DNA of 64,000 nucleotides from Eledone cirrhosa (lineage: Eukaryota). The translations under genes were made by a program, and so were the position numbers. This document shows, in pieces, positions 14,631 through 29,159 of this stretch; within the stretch, counting starts at the first letter, position 1, and every line of letters begins with the position of its first letter. The notes under the pieces are model-generated. The model was not told the origin of the DNA. It saw nothing but the letters and a program-made list of their open reading frames with translations, and searched no databases. The stretch spans positions 150,970,001-151,034,000 of the forward strand of contig OZ024743.1 of assembly GCA_964016885.1 (NCBI GenBank), read 5' to 3'.

Positions 14631-14689
14631 TAAAGAAAGAGATAATTCTGCAAAGCCCCAGCAAAAATGAAAATTTTACAAAAAGTATT

Positions 14690-14898
14690 TTAACCCTTCC
14701 CTTAATGTATTTCTAATAAAATACACTGCCAAATCATTTTGAATATAATTAATAATTTATAGGAATTTAGCAATATAACTAACTTTCTCATTATTTATTT
14801 GGTGTTTGGAATACATCAAAGATTCTTACATAAAAATATGAGAATTTAAATGAAAGAATTAGGGGTGGTTTCAGGCAGTTTGGTCTCATAAAGGTTAA
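14690..14898. mobile_element. TTAA-CCC MITE (piggyBac-like ends)
   Basis: Starts TTAACCCTT and ends AAAGGTTAA. A related copy lies in the opposite orientation from 17363. Confidence 0.55.
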
Positions 14899-15164
14899 TA
14901 TGATCCTTACAGAGTTCCAAAATAACTATAATGAATAAACGTTATTCCTTACATGCATCTAAGAAAATTACTGAAAGTTACTTAAATGTATATATAGACC
15001 TGTAACTCCTGATGGATTCATAGGGGTGCCATAGTGACATATAGCATTACAGGGGAATTTTAAACCTTGTGGAGCCTATCCTTTCTCCAGATTTAAACAC
15101 AGCTAATTTTTTCCAGAGAAGGAAAGAGAAAGTGATAGAGAAGAAGTGAGAAGAGATATAGAGA

Positions 15165-15325
15165 AAAAATTGACCTCAGTACTGGATTGGTACTTTTTAT
15201 TGACTTCAAAAGGATGAAAGGCAAAGTGAACCTCAGCTGGTTTTGAAATCAGAACACATAGAGGGAGAACAAATATCACAAAGCATTCCATCTGATATTC
15301 TAATGACCTTGCCAATTTACCACCT
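15165..15325 (-). mobile_element. Decayed SINE
   Basis: tggtactttttattgac..aaaggatgaaaggcaaagtgaacctc matches the SINE at 44925-45110. Confidence 0.6.
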
Positions 15326-15777
15326 ATGCCTTAAAGTGCATTGACGTAAATCAGTACCATCACCACTCATTTTGGTAAATCAATAATCTTCCATGACCCA
15401 TTTATCAATATTTAAATAAAAACAATTTTCCAAAATTTTAATAAAATTAACATTTAATACTTTTCTTGGGGAAATATTTCTCAGATTTTCTTTGCAGTTT
15501 TGTAGATCTTATGCCTATAGGTTTTGTGTAACATATTCATAAAATCTTACAACTTATCAAATATCTTAAAAGTAAAATATTTTGTCTTCATGGACCTTTC
15601 TTAATTATACTACAATTCAAAGATTAGCAACTACTGAAATAGATCTTAATCAAGATTTACGAATACATCATAGCAACAATTGTCCACCATTCATGGAACA
15701 GGATATACAGTTTGACATATCAAACCTGAACTTGGCAAACGTATGAGATATTACTTGTGTTTATATATATATACACG

Positions 15778-16925
15778 CTACAATGCTACATGCCTGTAAG
15801 ACATGGGCCTTGGTTACAGAAGACCTGCAAAGGCTAGAGAGAAATGAAGCAAACATGCTTCAGTTGATGTGTAATGTTAATGTGCATGAATGTTGTTGCA
15901 TAAGCAAGCTGAGAGAAACTCTAAATGAGAGAGATATGATGCAGTGCACAAAAGAGAAGACAATGATACTATGGGCATGTGATGTTGTAAGGTGACAGCT
16001 GCACAAAGAAATGCAGAGAAATCTTAGTGAATGGGAACCCTGGAAGAAGTAGACCTAGGTAGACACAAAATGAAGTAGTGAAAACTGATCTTAGGAAACT
16101 GAATTTCATGACTGAGATGAAAGGTCTGTGGGGATTGGCAACATGTGATACTGGAGAAGACTTGCTAGCCAGTATAAAAATGTGACTTGACCTCCTTTCC
16201 CGTCATTGCTTTTTAAAAACTAAACTCACCATCACTGTACACCTCCACTTTACTCAGTATCATCCCAACCATGTCAAATTCCATCACATATAACATCAAT
16301 CTCATCACTTTCCTCCTACCTCTTACTACTTACCCAGGATATACTTATTATCCTACTCCTACCCTCATATAGTAAAGTGAATCCTTCAGTAAAATTTATG
16401 ACTAAAAATCTCCATAGTTCAGACTGTAAAGTGGCTGGTGTTAGAAAGGGCTTAGAAACAATGCCAAAAAAGGTTGAGAGAACTCTCCTGTCATAATGCA
16501 ACAATCTCTCTGGTGCACCCAGTAAGGTAGTTGGTAACAGGAAGAGCATCCAGCTGTAGAAACCATGCCCAAAAAGGGTCAAAAGGACTCTTCAGTTGTG
16601 TCAAAGGCACAACAATCACTCTAGTGTTAGTAATCTACACAATAAACACACCCAGTACACTCTGTAAAGTGTTTGGTGATATGAAGGGCATCCAGCCATA
16701 GAAAATCTGCTAAACAAAAAGTTGAGAGGACTCTCCAGCTGTGTCAAAGATATGACAACCTCTCTAGTGCTGCTGCCATGATAAAATGTATCCAATGCCA
16801 TCTGTAGAGTACATAAGTGATATGCAGGACATCTGACAAGCCTGTAACTCCAATTAAGTCACCTTAGTCTTTGATGACCCACCCAACTCTGGTTAGCAAA
16901 GAAAACAAACATTATATGATGATGA
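15778..16925 (+). mobile_element. Decayed RTE LINE 3' end
   Basis: MLHACKTWALVTEDLQRLERNEANML, repeated 3'UTR units and a GAT tail at about 16917. Confidence 0.75.
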
Positions 16926-17362
16926 TGTTATTCTTCTCTAACCATAAAGTCTGGTTGTTTATATTTCTCTATGTCATTCATAGAAAAAATATATACTGGA
17001 CAATGGGAAGAACAATGATCTATTGTAATGATAACGAAAATAATATAAATTTTTATATAATTATACAAAAGTGGGATATTAGCTGGCAAACTACATTCTC
17101 TATATATCTAGTAGCTATCTTGATGCATGGAAACATTACCATTTGCAAGCATTCTTTATTTAAATAGAAAATTGTTTTAATAAAACATCCAGCATTTTAA
17201 TTTATTAAAATATACAACTTCCTTTAGCAATATGTTATTAGCATTATTAAATCTAATTTCAATCATACAGATACTCATTTGCTCTGCATTAAAAAAAAAC
17301 AAGATTTTCTTTTAGAAAACCTTTGAATAAGTAACAGATCATAATCCTTCTCAGGTAATCTT

Positions 17363-17600
17363 TTAACCCTTCTGATACTAACCCATCCAATATCACCCCT
17401 AGTTCTATAATACAAAATATTTATATTCATCTAAAAACGTCCCATAATTTTATGTAAGAACCTTTGTTAAGTTACTCTCCAAACATCAGCTTAACAATGA
17501 AATAGTTATATTATTAAATCTTTTCAAACTCTTGATTGTTTTTCAAAGTTAACTGAAAAACATATGGCAGTGATTTTCATTAGAAATATGTTAATAAAGA
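17363..17600. mobile_element. TTAA MITE, inverted relative of 14690-14898
   Basis: ttaacccttctgatactaacc..accCCTAGTTC aligns with the reverse complement of 14855-14898. Confidence 0.5.
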
Positions 17601-17619
17601 ATTAGAAATATGTTAATAA

Positions 17620-19700
17620 ACATGGCCCCGAAATACTTGAACTTCTCCACCTGCTTCAGTGAAATTCCATTCACATGTAGATTGCACTGCACAGGCTTCC
17701 TTAAGAGGACAAATGTCTCAGTTTTTGCAGCACTGATTTTCATTCCAGCCATGCGGCATCAACCCTATCAAGTACAAGTCAGAGATCACATTCTGTCGAG
17801 TTAAGTAATACCATGCCATCTGCAAATTCCAGCCAACTGATTCTACACTAGCTAGTCATAAGAGCACTTGCAACCTGACTGCAAATGTCAATCCTCTTCA
17901 TGAAAATAATAAACAGGAGAGGTGACAGTACATACTATTGACAGAGTCCAAACCCTACATTGAATGGTTTCAATATAGCACATTTTATCCGAACACAAAT
18001 ACTTGGGTATTCGTATAGAGAAATCGGAGAAACAAGATGTCGACTATTGATCTTACACTCCTGCAGAACCTTCCACAATAGGTCCTGTGGAAAGTGGTCA
18101 TATGTCCTTTTTGAGGTCTACACTTCTTGGCAGTATTCCCACGATTTCTCAAAGACCTGTTGCCCTGTGAATATTTGGTTGGATGTGCGGTGTCTGAGGT
18201 GAAAAGTACACTGTTCATCAGCTAGCTTGGACTCTTAGAATAGACTTTACTGGGGAGGATTAACAAGGAGATCGCTCTGTAACTGGATCAATCTCTATTG
18301 TCTTGCTTTTTTGAAAATTGGGACTATCACTCCCAATTGCCATTGCTTAGGGACCTTTCCAAAATCCAGGCCACCTAGCACACGTGAGTCAACCAGAAAA
18401 TACCATCTCTATTTAAGGATATCAGGAAAGTATTCTCTCCACCTTGCAAGGATACACCCCTCTGAAGAGCAGAAAACCCTAGATGCATTCCTGATAGCCT
18501 GTATTGAGGAGGAATTCTTATTACAAAGTCAGCGGATGGTCTGCCAGAACATTTTATTTGCTGAGCTGAAGTCGGATTCCAGCTTAACCCAAAAGTCCTC
18601 CCATGTCTTGACTTTGGACGCCTTTACTGTCTTTGCTGTGATTTGTCATGCATACTTAAACTGCAAGTGCAAGGAGGACTTATTTTCAAGCCAAGCTTAG
18701 TAGGCCTCGTTCTTTTCTTAGATGGCATCTTCGACCTTTTGATTGAACCAAGGAGTCCTCCTGCTATCCAGTGCCACACCAAGCTTCTTTCACCCAAAGC
18801 ATTTAACAGCTGAAGCAGAAACTGAACAATCTCAACTTTGTCTCAACGTCCTCAATTTGCTCAGGCAGTTCTTTGAATTTGGATGCAATATCTGCATACC
18901 TAGTCCTGACTTCCTTATCCACCAAGTCTTCCCACTTTACCCTGTAGCCTATCCTGGGCCTGCCAGTTTTGTTGTGCTTCTTCGGCTTTAAGTAGTCTCA
19001 AGTTGTAAATACTTAGATGGTGATCAGTTGACAGCTCAGCCCCTCTCTTAACACAAATATCAAGCACAGAATCAAAGAGATCAGAGACAATAACAAAATC
19101 AATTATGGATTTCTGTCCCTGATTCCCCTTATACCATGTATATTTATGGATGTCTCTGTACTGGAAGGATGTTTATAATAGAGAGTCCATTGCTAGAACA
19201 GAAGTCCAGCAAGGCCTATCCATTCATATTTAGATCAAAATCGCTGTTCCTTCCAATCACTCCTTTCCATGTATGTCAGGTGATCAGTGCCAACATGTGC
19301 ATTGAAGTCTCCCATCAGGATATGTAACTCAATCTTAACTACATCTAATACTGTAGTGACTTTATCAAGCAAGGATCTTTATTCAGACTTCTTGTTTGGT
19401 GCATAAACTTGCACTATCCACAGAGACCTATCTTTCAACCTAAGCTTTCTCCTAATGGTATCCAATCCATAACACATTCTAACAGCTGGGAGCTCGTGAA
19501 TATCCCCACTCCCACTGTGCAGTCATTTCTGGTGCCACACCTAAATAGTGGAGGCTGAATTAAGTGAAAGAATTGTTGGAGCTGGTGCAGTAATGCACCA
19601 GCTTCAACATTCGGAAATCAGAAGTGTCAAAGCCAAACTCGCTGTCTTCAATTTGGTATTAGTGCCAACCCTTACCTATTGTCATGAATCTTGGGAGGAG
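17620..19700. mobile_element. RTE LINE of a PHD-less subfamily with 5' inversion (17620-19547 minus, 19548 onward plus)
   Basis: The minus part reads EN through RT and ends LKQVEKFKYFGAMF at about 17620. The plus part resumes with EAELSERI..PTLTYCHESW. Confidence 0.75.
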
Positions 19701-19709
19701 GAGGAGGAA

Positions 19710-19909
19710 NNNNNNNNNNNNNNNNNNNNNNNNNNNNNNNNNNNNNNNNNNNNNNNNNNNNNNNNNNNNNNNNNNNNNNNNNNNNNNNNNNNNNNNNNNN
19801 NNNNNNNNNNNNNNNNNNNNNNNNNNNNNNNNNNNNNNNNNNNNNNNNNNNNNNNNNNNNNNNNNNNNNNNNNNNNNNNNNNNNNNNNNNNNNNNNNNNN
19901 NNNNNNNNN
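19710..19909. other. Assembly gap (200 N)
   Basis: Run of N. Confidence 1.
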
Positions 19910-22289
19910 AGAATGCCTCTGAAGGTTGAGCTCAGTGATGGATATCAGATTAAAATATTAATCATTGAGACAATGTTTTCTCCTCACTGCAAAAGTATTT
20001 TAATTAATTAGATTTATTTTCCTCGCTATATTAAGCAAGACAGCACTAACATATGTTAGATAGACTGTTGTTACCAGCCAGTGCATAAAAGCCTGAATCA
20101 AGACTACCACCTGAATCCAATGCTAAGGATGATAAAACAGTTGAGGATACCAGTTTGCCCATGTTTTCACTATATGCATCAACTGACAAAACTGCATGCT
20201 GAATGCTAACTGCAATTACTTCATAAGTCTAGGGTGGTTTACAAAGGTCATGGGTACCTTCTTCCAACTGTAAGTAAATAAATAATATTCTAAAAACACA
20301 CATTGCTTCCATGAAAACCAGCTTAATGACTGGAACTTAGATGGATTTAATATAATCTAAAGGCAGCAAATTGGCATAACCATTAAATCATAAACTTGTA
20401 ATATTTACTCCAGCTCTCTGTGCTCTGAGTTCACATTCTACCAAACTCATTTGGCTTTTTATCCTTTTGGTGTTGATAAAATAAAAAAACAGTTCAGTTA
20501 ATTGGATTAGCAGAATTAGAGCATTGTACAATATGTATTTGTTCTAACTCTTTACATTCTGAGTTTAAATCCCATTGTGGTCTACTTGGATAACAAACTT
20601 AATCCACTGCCTGGTTTAACACCACCACCTGGCTCTTGAGAACGTTTAGCAGAATTGACTCCATTGCAAGCATTCATTGGATTTTTGGTTTGAGGATACC
20701 TTCTTCCCCACCATCAGTCTTGGAGGCCTTGAAAGGAGTGTGGTTACTGCCCTCCTTCTTTGTTTTAACAGTAAAATAAATCTTTTACACTTCTAAATTC
20801 AATTATATTCCCAAAATGACAAGATGAGAAGTAAACCATGCTAAAAATCTACTTCTTCTTAGCTGTGTGTCTTGCCTAAGAGATTGCAGTAGAATAAGGT
20901 GTATTTTATGCCTTACACTGCAAAAAGATAAAGAAGATATTATCATGTTACCAGCACTAAAGTGTATATCTTTCTGTACTCAGAACCCTCGTTGATCTTT
21001 ATGTCAGTTCTGTGTCAGAATGATTAATTTCTTAGATAATTTGCTTTTACTAAAGTTAGCTGAATCAAATCACTCTTAACAATAAGAAAGTGTGAGTTCC
21101 TTTAATTGATATATCACTGAAATATAAAGTGGATATTAATCAATGTCATAATTTTAATGTCTATTTTCCATCCTAGCTTAAATTCCATTGGCCTACAATA
21201 ATAATGAGATGCACTACAACTATTACAATTGCGAGATCTGATATAACCACTAGTACAAATTAGACTTTCATACTGAGAAAGAAACCTCTCATTCAACAAC
21301 ACCAACTCATAATTACTACACATAACAAGAAAGCAGTTTTATTCCACACCCTTTCTATGCAGGAACAATACAGTTAAAATCTTTAAATTTGCTACAAATA
21401 ACACACATCACAACTTCGCATGATTTCTCATAGCAAGTTTCACATATATAAGCTTGCCAAAATTGCCTCTAAAATGCTAAGGGCACAAACATCAGCCTTC
21501 ATCAGTTGCTAATCATTTTCAAAGCTAAATGAGACATTGAAATTCTGCTCAAATATATGTGATGGTGTTGCTGTAACACAAACAGACTAGATTGATTACA
21601 TTTTAAAAGCAAAAGACCATCTGACGTATTAGCAACAATTTACTTCCTGACATACAGCCTTTGACTCACTAATGTGTCTTTTATCTGCTTCTCCTATTAA
21701 TACTACAATGGCTTCTGCTCATCTAAGATAACAAATTGAACACCACACATGAAGTTTGTTTTCGGGATGGGGGTGGGGGTGCTATCAACATGTTCCTCAA
21801 CCACAGCCCACTCTATGCTAAACACTTTCCCAATCCTGCCTCCCATAACTGGAATTCTCCAGTCACATTTTCCCCTACAGGTAATATAGTCTGCTTAAAT
21901 GCAAATTGAACATTAACCACAAGAAAAGTTATATTTTTCTCTAGCCAAATAAATATTAAAGTTACTTTTTCTCTAATCTAATAATTATTTTTTCAAAATA
22001 CATATTACAAAGAGTGTTACACATATTTAAATGTATATTTGTTCATATCAAGACGTATTTGATAAATCTAAGATGATTACAGATCACATGACCATGTCTC
22101 CAATTATTTAAATGTTATATTCATTGCAAATTTCAATAGCTCTAATGTCTACTTCTATAATCCCCACCATAACACTAACTGTAAAAAGATTACAAAAGAC
22201 TGGAAACATCAACAATCAAAAGCAATATAAAAAGGAAATAATATGTTATGCAAATTAATATATATATAAATGATGATGATGAAGAGTGT

Positions 22290-24387
22290 GTTCAGAAACA
22301 GGAGATGTTCAAGATTGTGAGGCAGTGTGTCAGAGAGAATTGGGATGTCATTGGAGAGAAGTGTATCCGGAATGATAAAGGTGAGCTTGCCCTCACAAGT
22401 GCTGAGAAGAAAGATGCGTGGAAGAGCCATTATGAAAGATTACTAAATGAGGAGAATGCATGGGAAGAAGAGACCCTACCCTAAATAGACCCTATAGAGG
22501 GGCCAGCAGTACAAGTCAGCAGCAGTGTAGTAAGTGAGGCAATCAAAGATATGAAGACAGGAAAGGCAACCGGTGCATCGGGTATAGCTGCCGAGATGCT
22601 GAAGGCATCTGGGTCAGTAGGTCATGCCATAACAACACGTATTGTTAACCAGGTAATACTAGAAGGTGTCATACCAAAGGATTGATGCAGCAGCATCATT
22701 GTCAACTGCTACAAGGGTAAAGGTGAAAGGTAAAGAGGAAACTATAGAGGTATAAAGCTGATAGACCAGGTTATGAAAGTAACAGAAAGAGTTATAGCAC
22801 AGTTGATTAGGGACCGGGTGAAACTAGATGAGATGCAATTTGGGTTTGTGCCAGGAAGAGGCACCACTGATGCCCTCTTCCTTGTGAGGCAGTTACAGGA
22901 AAAGTACCTAGCTAAAAGTAAGCCTGGCATTCGTCGATCTCGAAAAAGCCTTTGACAGAGTTCCCCATGCTATAATCTGGTGGGCTCTTAGAAAAATAAG
23001 AGTAGTTGAATGACTTGTGAAAGCTGTACAAGCCATGTATATGGGAGCAGTTAGCAAAATTAGGAGTAGCGAGGAATTTAGTATACAGGTCGGTGTCCAC
23101 CAGGGCTCTGTTCTTAGCCCTCTCCTGTTCATCATAGATTTGATGACCTCGCACTTATAGCTGAATCTATGGTAGAACTAGAGAAGAAATTCCAAACTTG
23201 GAAGCAGGGACTAGAAAGAAAGGGTCTCAAAGTCAACCTAACAAAGACAAAGGTGCTTGTAAGTAGACGAGAAAACAGAACCCAGATCCCCTCAGGGAAA
23301 TGGCCTGGCTCAGTATGTAGGAAAGGTGTAGGTAGGAACTCCATTCTCTGTCTCAAATGCAAACAATGGGTACACAAGAGATGTAGTGGGATCTCAGGAA
23401 GAGATCTATTAAGAATGTAGGCTTCACATGTAGCAGCTGTGCTGGGACAGCAAGCAGCAAACAGCCACAGGAAACAAGTACCACCAAACTCTGGGAGGGC
23501 TCTGTAGAAGCAGTAGATAGCTTCTGCTACCTAGGTGACCGAATTAGCAGTGGAGGTAGGTGTTCAAAAAGTACAATAAGTAGGGTAAGAACGGGATGGA
23601 AGAAGTTCAGGGAGCTGCAAAAGGCTTTTCCCTCAAAATGAAAGGCAGAGTGTATGATGTGTGTATACGAACAGCAATGTTACATGGTAGTGAGACCTGG
23701 GTGCTGTCTGTGGAAGACTTGTGTAGATGAGAAAGAAATGAAGCCTGCATGCTCCGATGGATGTGTAATAGTAATATACGCGAACGGTAAAGCATAAATG
23801 AATTGAGAGAGACTGAGCATAAGAGGAATCAAATGCTGTGTGCAGGAGAGGCGGTTGCGTTGGTATGGACGTGTGATGCGTATGAAGGATGACAGCTGCA
23901 TAAAAAGGTGCAGAGCACTAGAAGTCATTGGAAACCACGGAGTGGGGAGACCCAAGATGCCTGGGATGAGGTGATAAAAGCCGACCTCACCGAATTACAC
24001 CTCTCAAAGGCGATGAGAAACGACCATGACCTCTGGCATTACGCAGTAATACAGAAGACCCCCCCCCCCCATGGGTACAAGCCGAAGCTGAAGCATATAA
24101 ACAATATGCCCCCACACCCTCCCACTGCAAATTGGTTGTAGAGGTGCCATGGCAAAAAAGGACCTATCCCACACCGTAAAGTGGACGTGTAGGCACCACG
24201 GAAAAAAAGCACCCAGTACTCACTGTAAATGAGGTTGGTGTTAGGAAAGGCATCCAGCTGTAGAAATCAAGCCAGAATCAGTTCCCATATGAGCAAGGCA
24301 TGGTCAGCCGACCGGCTACTGCCCACAACAGGACAACCCATCTAACCCATGCTAGCGTGGAAGAACGGACGTAAAACGGTGATGATA
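22290..24387 (+). mobile_element. RTE LINE, 5'-truncated, frameshifted, with internal deletions
   Basis: DEMQFGFVPGRGTTDA, VHQGSVLSPLLF, PHD-like segment, WYGRVMRM, 3'UTR and GAT tail. Confidence 0.9.
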
Positions 24388-24389
24388 TA

Positions 24390-25656
24390 CAGGGTGTGGA
24401 CGATATTTGTTCGCAATTTTCAACTGCTAATTTTATGCAAATTTTTTTTACTTCCGTTGTCACTCTTGTCTTCATAAAAACAGTGACTATATTTCCATTA
24501 TTTATTTTCAGAATAATTGATTATGAATAATTTTGAACCTCCAAATTTGTGGAAGAGACATGGAGTTCTTGGAATCCGCGCCGAGAGGACAAATAAGGAA
24601 ATTTCAGACTTTCTCAGCGTCAGCAGGAGAATGGTGGAAAAGGTCGGAAAGGAATTGGAAGATTCAGGATTCGACTACGAAGCAACATCAGAGAGGAAAA
24701 CACATGATCGACAATCTGACGCCTTCAGAACGCCCGAGTTTGTCGCTGAAGTTCAGGATATCATTAACAATGAACTTAGCAAGTCAATGCGTGCCATTGC
24801 AAGGGTGAAAGGCGTGGATGAAAATCTCATTAGGCTGGTGGTACATGAAGACATTCGCTACATTTCATACAAGATGAGGAAAGGACAATTTCTGTCAAAG
24901 GCGATGCAAGAAAAGCGACTGAAGCATGCAAAGAAGCTGATCAACAAGTTGAAACACCCACTGGAGCCAGACATGCTGTGATTTTTCTCCGACAAGAAAA
25001 ACTCCTGCCAAGACCAGAAGATCAACTCCCAGAACAACAGGTGGCTCGCTGTCTCATCCAAAGACGTGCCCAGAGTCATGCAGACACAGTTTCCAGCGAC
25101 AACATTGGTCTTAGGTGTTGTCAGCAGTCAAGGTGACGTCATGCCACCTCACTTCTTCCCTGAACAAGCTGAACACCGATGGTTACATCCGTGTTCTGAG
25201 CGAGGTAGTAAAGCTCTGGATCGACCAGGTAGCTACAGGTAGGCCGTACGTGTGGCAGCAAGTCTCAGTGCCCTGCCATACCAGCCGAAAGACTCAAGCC
25301 TGGCTGTCAGAGAACTTCGTCAACCACACTTCACCTGACATCTGGCCTCCCAGCTCGCCTGACTGCAACCCTCTCGACTTCTTTGTGTGGGGTGCAGTGG
25401 AACGAGGCACCAACAGATCTAGCTGCAATACAAAAGACGATCTGAAGGCCAGGGCCACAAGTGCCTTTAGGGGGACGGTTCCGAAACCGCCTTGAGGCCG
25501 TCATCAAAGCCAATGGCGAGTTTATCGAATGAGATCGAAAGAACAAGTCATGAAGACAAACTGACCCAAGTTTGATAAATATATCTTAAAAAATAAAACT
25601 ACTGTGTTATTTTTTCCTAGACAGTAATCTTGTGAACAAATATTGTCTGCACCCTG
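24390..25656 (+). mobile_element. Tc1/mariner DD37D (maT-type) transposon, defective
   Basis: TA TSDs and 27-bp TIRs (CAGGGTGTGGACGATATTTGTTCGCAA vs CAGGGTGCAGACAATATTTGTTCACAA). Transposase motifs FFSDKK and WQQ(V)S..H..WPPSSPDCNPLD have 37 residues between the second and third catalytic positions. There is a stop at 24979 plus frameshifts. Confidence 0.92.
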
Positions 25657-25685
25657 TATGTGTGTGTATATATATATATATATAT

Positions 25686-25696
<11 letters not shown>

Positions 25697-25774
<78 letters not shown>

Positions 25775-25783
25775 GAGAGAGAG
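25697..25783. repeat. (AG)n microsatellite
   Basis: Seen directly. Confidence 0.95.
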
Positions 25784-27189
25784 ATCTAATATACCCAGTA
25801 CACTCTGTAAAATAGTTGAAATTAGGCCGGCTTTCTAAACACTGCTAAAACACAGTAGAGTGGACTCTTCAGCAATGTCATGGACATGACAATTTCTCTG
25901 GTGCCAGAGCCATGCTAAAGTGCACCCTGTACACTTTGTAAAGTTGTTGGCATTAGGAAAGGCATCCAGCTGTAGAAATAAAGCCAAAAAAAAAAGCAAT
26001 GTATTGAGTGGCATGTGATCTTCTGACCAGTTTAGAAATACAGTAGCTCCAATTTTGATACTACTTGCTCTGTAACAACCTATCCAACTTATACTAGCAT
26101 GGAAAATCAAATGTAAGATGATGATATATCCTATATAATGATATAATAGATATAGATATTTGATTGGGATTTTAATGTCTACTTTTCCATGGGTTCGATA
26201 AATTTGATCTAGTACATCCAACCGCAAGGTGAATTGAGCTTCATAGAATTAGGTGTACTGACCAAATACAAAACAAATGCTTGAAGTGGATTTAACTTGG
26301 CATTTGAATAAACAGTACAATACTATATTCACTAAGTAGTTTCTTTTTTATTTTATTCAATTTGAGGAACAATGATTAAAATAATATTTTGTTTTTTTTC
26401 ATCTTCATTTCATTATCTGTTTGTAACTTAAATGCTAAAATATTAAATAGTTAACAACTATTTATTTTGGATATATTTAAGATTTTTTGGTGAAAGCATA
26501 TCAACATATCAAAAATATAGAAAAAAATTAACAGGTGGTGGTGGTAGTGATGGTTATGATAGTCGTGATTATTACTTTAGAGAAAGAAGTCCAAATTGGA
26601 TTTTAAAATCCATTTCTGTAATTCAAAAGAAAAAATGATAGAAATAAATATGAAAATGTTGTATAGTTATGAATGAATGCTATTAAAGCCTCTGCAAAGA
26701 CACAAGATTTAAACACTTCTGATCATAACCTTTGAATCAATAGACATTAAAATTTTAGCTACTTATTGATTGCCTGTAACACTTCATTTTCTTCCTAGAT
26801 TTATTACATAATATAATTATATCAGAAAATAGATTACAGATAACAAAAAAAAATGTATCACATTAGAAAAATATCAAAATTTACGAATGAATCAAAATGT
26901 TTCCATATTTCCATGTTTTCTTTGTATCAGTCTGTTCAAAATACAGGAAAACAGAGCCTTTGGATTCATGGTACCATCCTAGACTGGGCAGGATATTTGG
27001 AAGAGACTAGTACTTACAATTTAAATTATTAATTACACTTCCTTGAATATTCTAGTAGTATTAATTTACATTCTTTTATGTTCTGAGTTCAAATCTCACC
27101 AAGGTCATCTCACCAAAGTCAATCATGGACAAGATCCCATAAGATTTGTGGTCTTATGCCAAAGATCAATACCAATATTTTCTTAAACA

Positions 27190-27419
27190 AATATTTACAA
27201 AATTAACTAAGAAAATAATTATAATTGAAACATTCAAATATTCATTAATGCAAGTTCAATATAAGAAAAGTAGAAAATAATACTATCAAAGCAGGTCTTA
27301 TGAAATCATAAGACCTGCTTTGACAGTATGATTTTCTATTTTTCTTATATTGAACTTGCATTAATGAATATTTGAATGTTTCAATTATAATTATTTTCTT
27401 ATGTAATTTTGTAAATATT
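27190..27419. repeat. Long near-perfect palindrome (about 114-bp arms, 2-nt loop)
   Basis: Centre gcaggtcttatga-aa-tcataagacctgc; the arms pair outward to aatatttacaaaatta / taattttgtaaatatt. Confidence 0.9.
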
Positions 27420-29128
27420 AATTATATATATATATTTATTTTTTTGTAATATAGAAATATTTAAAATGTAATGATAAAATAGAATATTACAAAAAAGTAA
27501 TTAATTAAAATAGCTAATGAATATTGGCCAAGATTTCTTGAAATAAATTTTTATAGATAAAATGTTCATTGGTGGGATGTTGGCAGAATGCTAGCGATAA
27601 TTTTAATAATCATTCATATTTCTGTCATGAGTGCAAGATACTTTTCTCGATGCACCGTATAGATCATCTATCACCATGTTTCTGAATGCCAAAATATTTT
27701 GTTCTTCAAATTTAATCATCTCAAAGTTTTTCTTCATTTATCCTTACATCAATTAATCTTCTTAATAAGCATTCATGCCACACCTCATGTCTCTTTCTTA
27801 CTGTTCATTGACATGTGTTGATCACAATCTCATCCCTATTAACCTGGTATATTGAACATGTTCAGGTCAACTCTTGATGTCCTGTACTGCATTAAGCCGC
27901 ATTAGCAAAACATTGTTGAAAACTATAAAACAGCACTAAAACTGCATCACATCAAAAGTTAAAGTATCTACTCTAATACTGCAAATTTCCACAATGATCT
28001 GCCCACTAGTAAATATACTATCAAGTAACCAACCTGTTTTTAGATATTTTCTGCTCTAATTATTACAGGATGTTAATAGTTAAATCATTTTATTGGTTGG
28101 ATCTTTGCTAATTGTGTTGTAGTTATCCATGACACCAAATGTACTTAATATCTGACGTCATCAAAACTGTTGCCAACTTTCATTTTAGTTTGTATTTATT
28201 TATATTCATTTAACCCCATAAATTTACATTTATGAGGTGCAAATACATTTGTTATTTCCCAAGATGGAAATTTCTCCACAGTCATAATCTTATATCATTA
28301 TTTCTCATTCCCAATCTAATAGAGACAATTATTAATTAACATTATCTTTAAAAGATTGAATGCCTGGCTCTCATCAAGGATCAAAATTCCTGTTTCATAA
28401 AAAAAGTCAGTAAATATTTAGAAAATAGTATTAACATATTGAGTCAAATCTGAATGAAAGTTATTTTCTGACATAAGCATAATACATATTTTTGTACATG
28501 AACTATTAGAGCCATTGCTCTTGAAGCTAGATATTTCTTAAACTTAATCACTCAACTTTGAAATATATATACTTTAGAGTTAGTTAAGCAGAAGCAAGTA
28601 ATGTTTAACTTTGTCCAGAATCTTAGTATCAAAACCAATGTGCCCTAATAGTTTTTGATGCTATTCATATTAGACAGGTTATGGGGAAAATATATTATTC
28701 ACTAGTTTCTGATAATTTTTATTTTCTTTCTTTTTAGATTTAGAATCATATTTATGCTTCCAGGGTCTTTGATACAGTCCACATCTTAATACTAGCTTTT
28801 GTCACAAATTTTTAATCATATAGTTCTTAATCTATATGTCAATTGGTGACTCAGTCATTTGTAAAAAAACATTTTAAAAAGTCAAACCAGATGTTCATAA
28901 ATCACTGCTTTTTAAAATTACTCATCAGCATCTACCCCCAAAAAACAAAGGTTTTTGTAATTGCAATTACAAAATCTACAAGTGTTTTTACTAATCATGT
29001 TCATATTTCTATAAATAGTAATATATACTCTACATAAATCAGTCTACACTTGCAGCCCGTAAAAACAGTAGAAATATTTTTATAGAAGCATGAGCACTTT
29101 GACGCCTTAATTTTTACAGACCCCCCCC

Positions 29129-29159
<31 letters not shown>

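Noticed and set aside
19548-20011. ORFs running through X residues
   Set aside because: Artefacts of the N gap.
21490-21520. CTGATGA on the minus strand (also near 40155)
   Set aside because: No downstream GAAA or closing stems, so not a hammerhead.
27600-28200. Possible decayed transposase or RT (DNYNTISKDPTNK on the minus strand)
   Set aside because: Only one short motif among many stops; not assignable.
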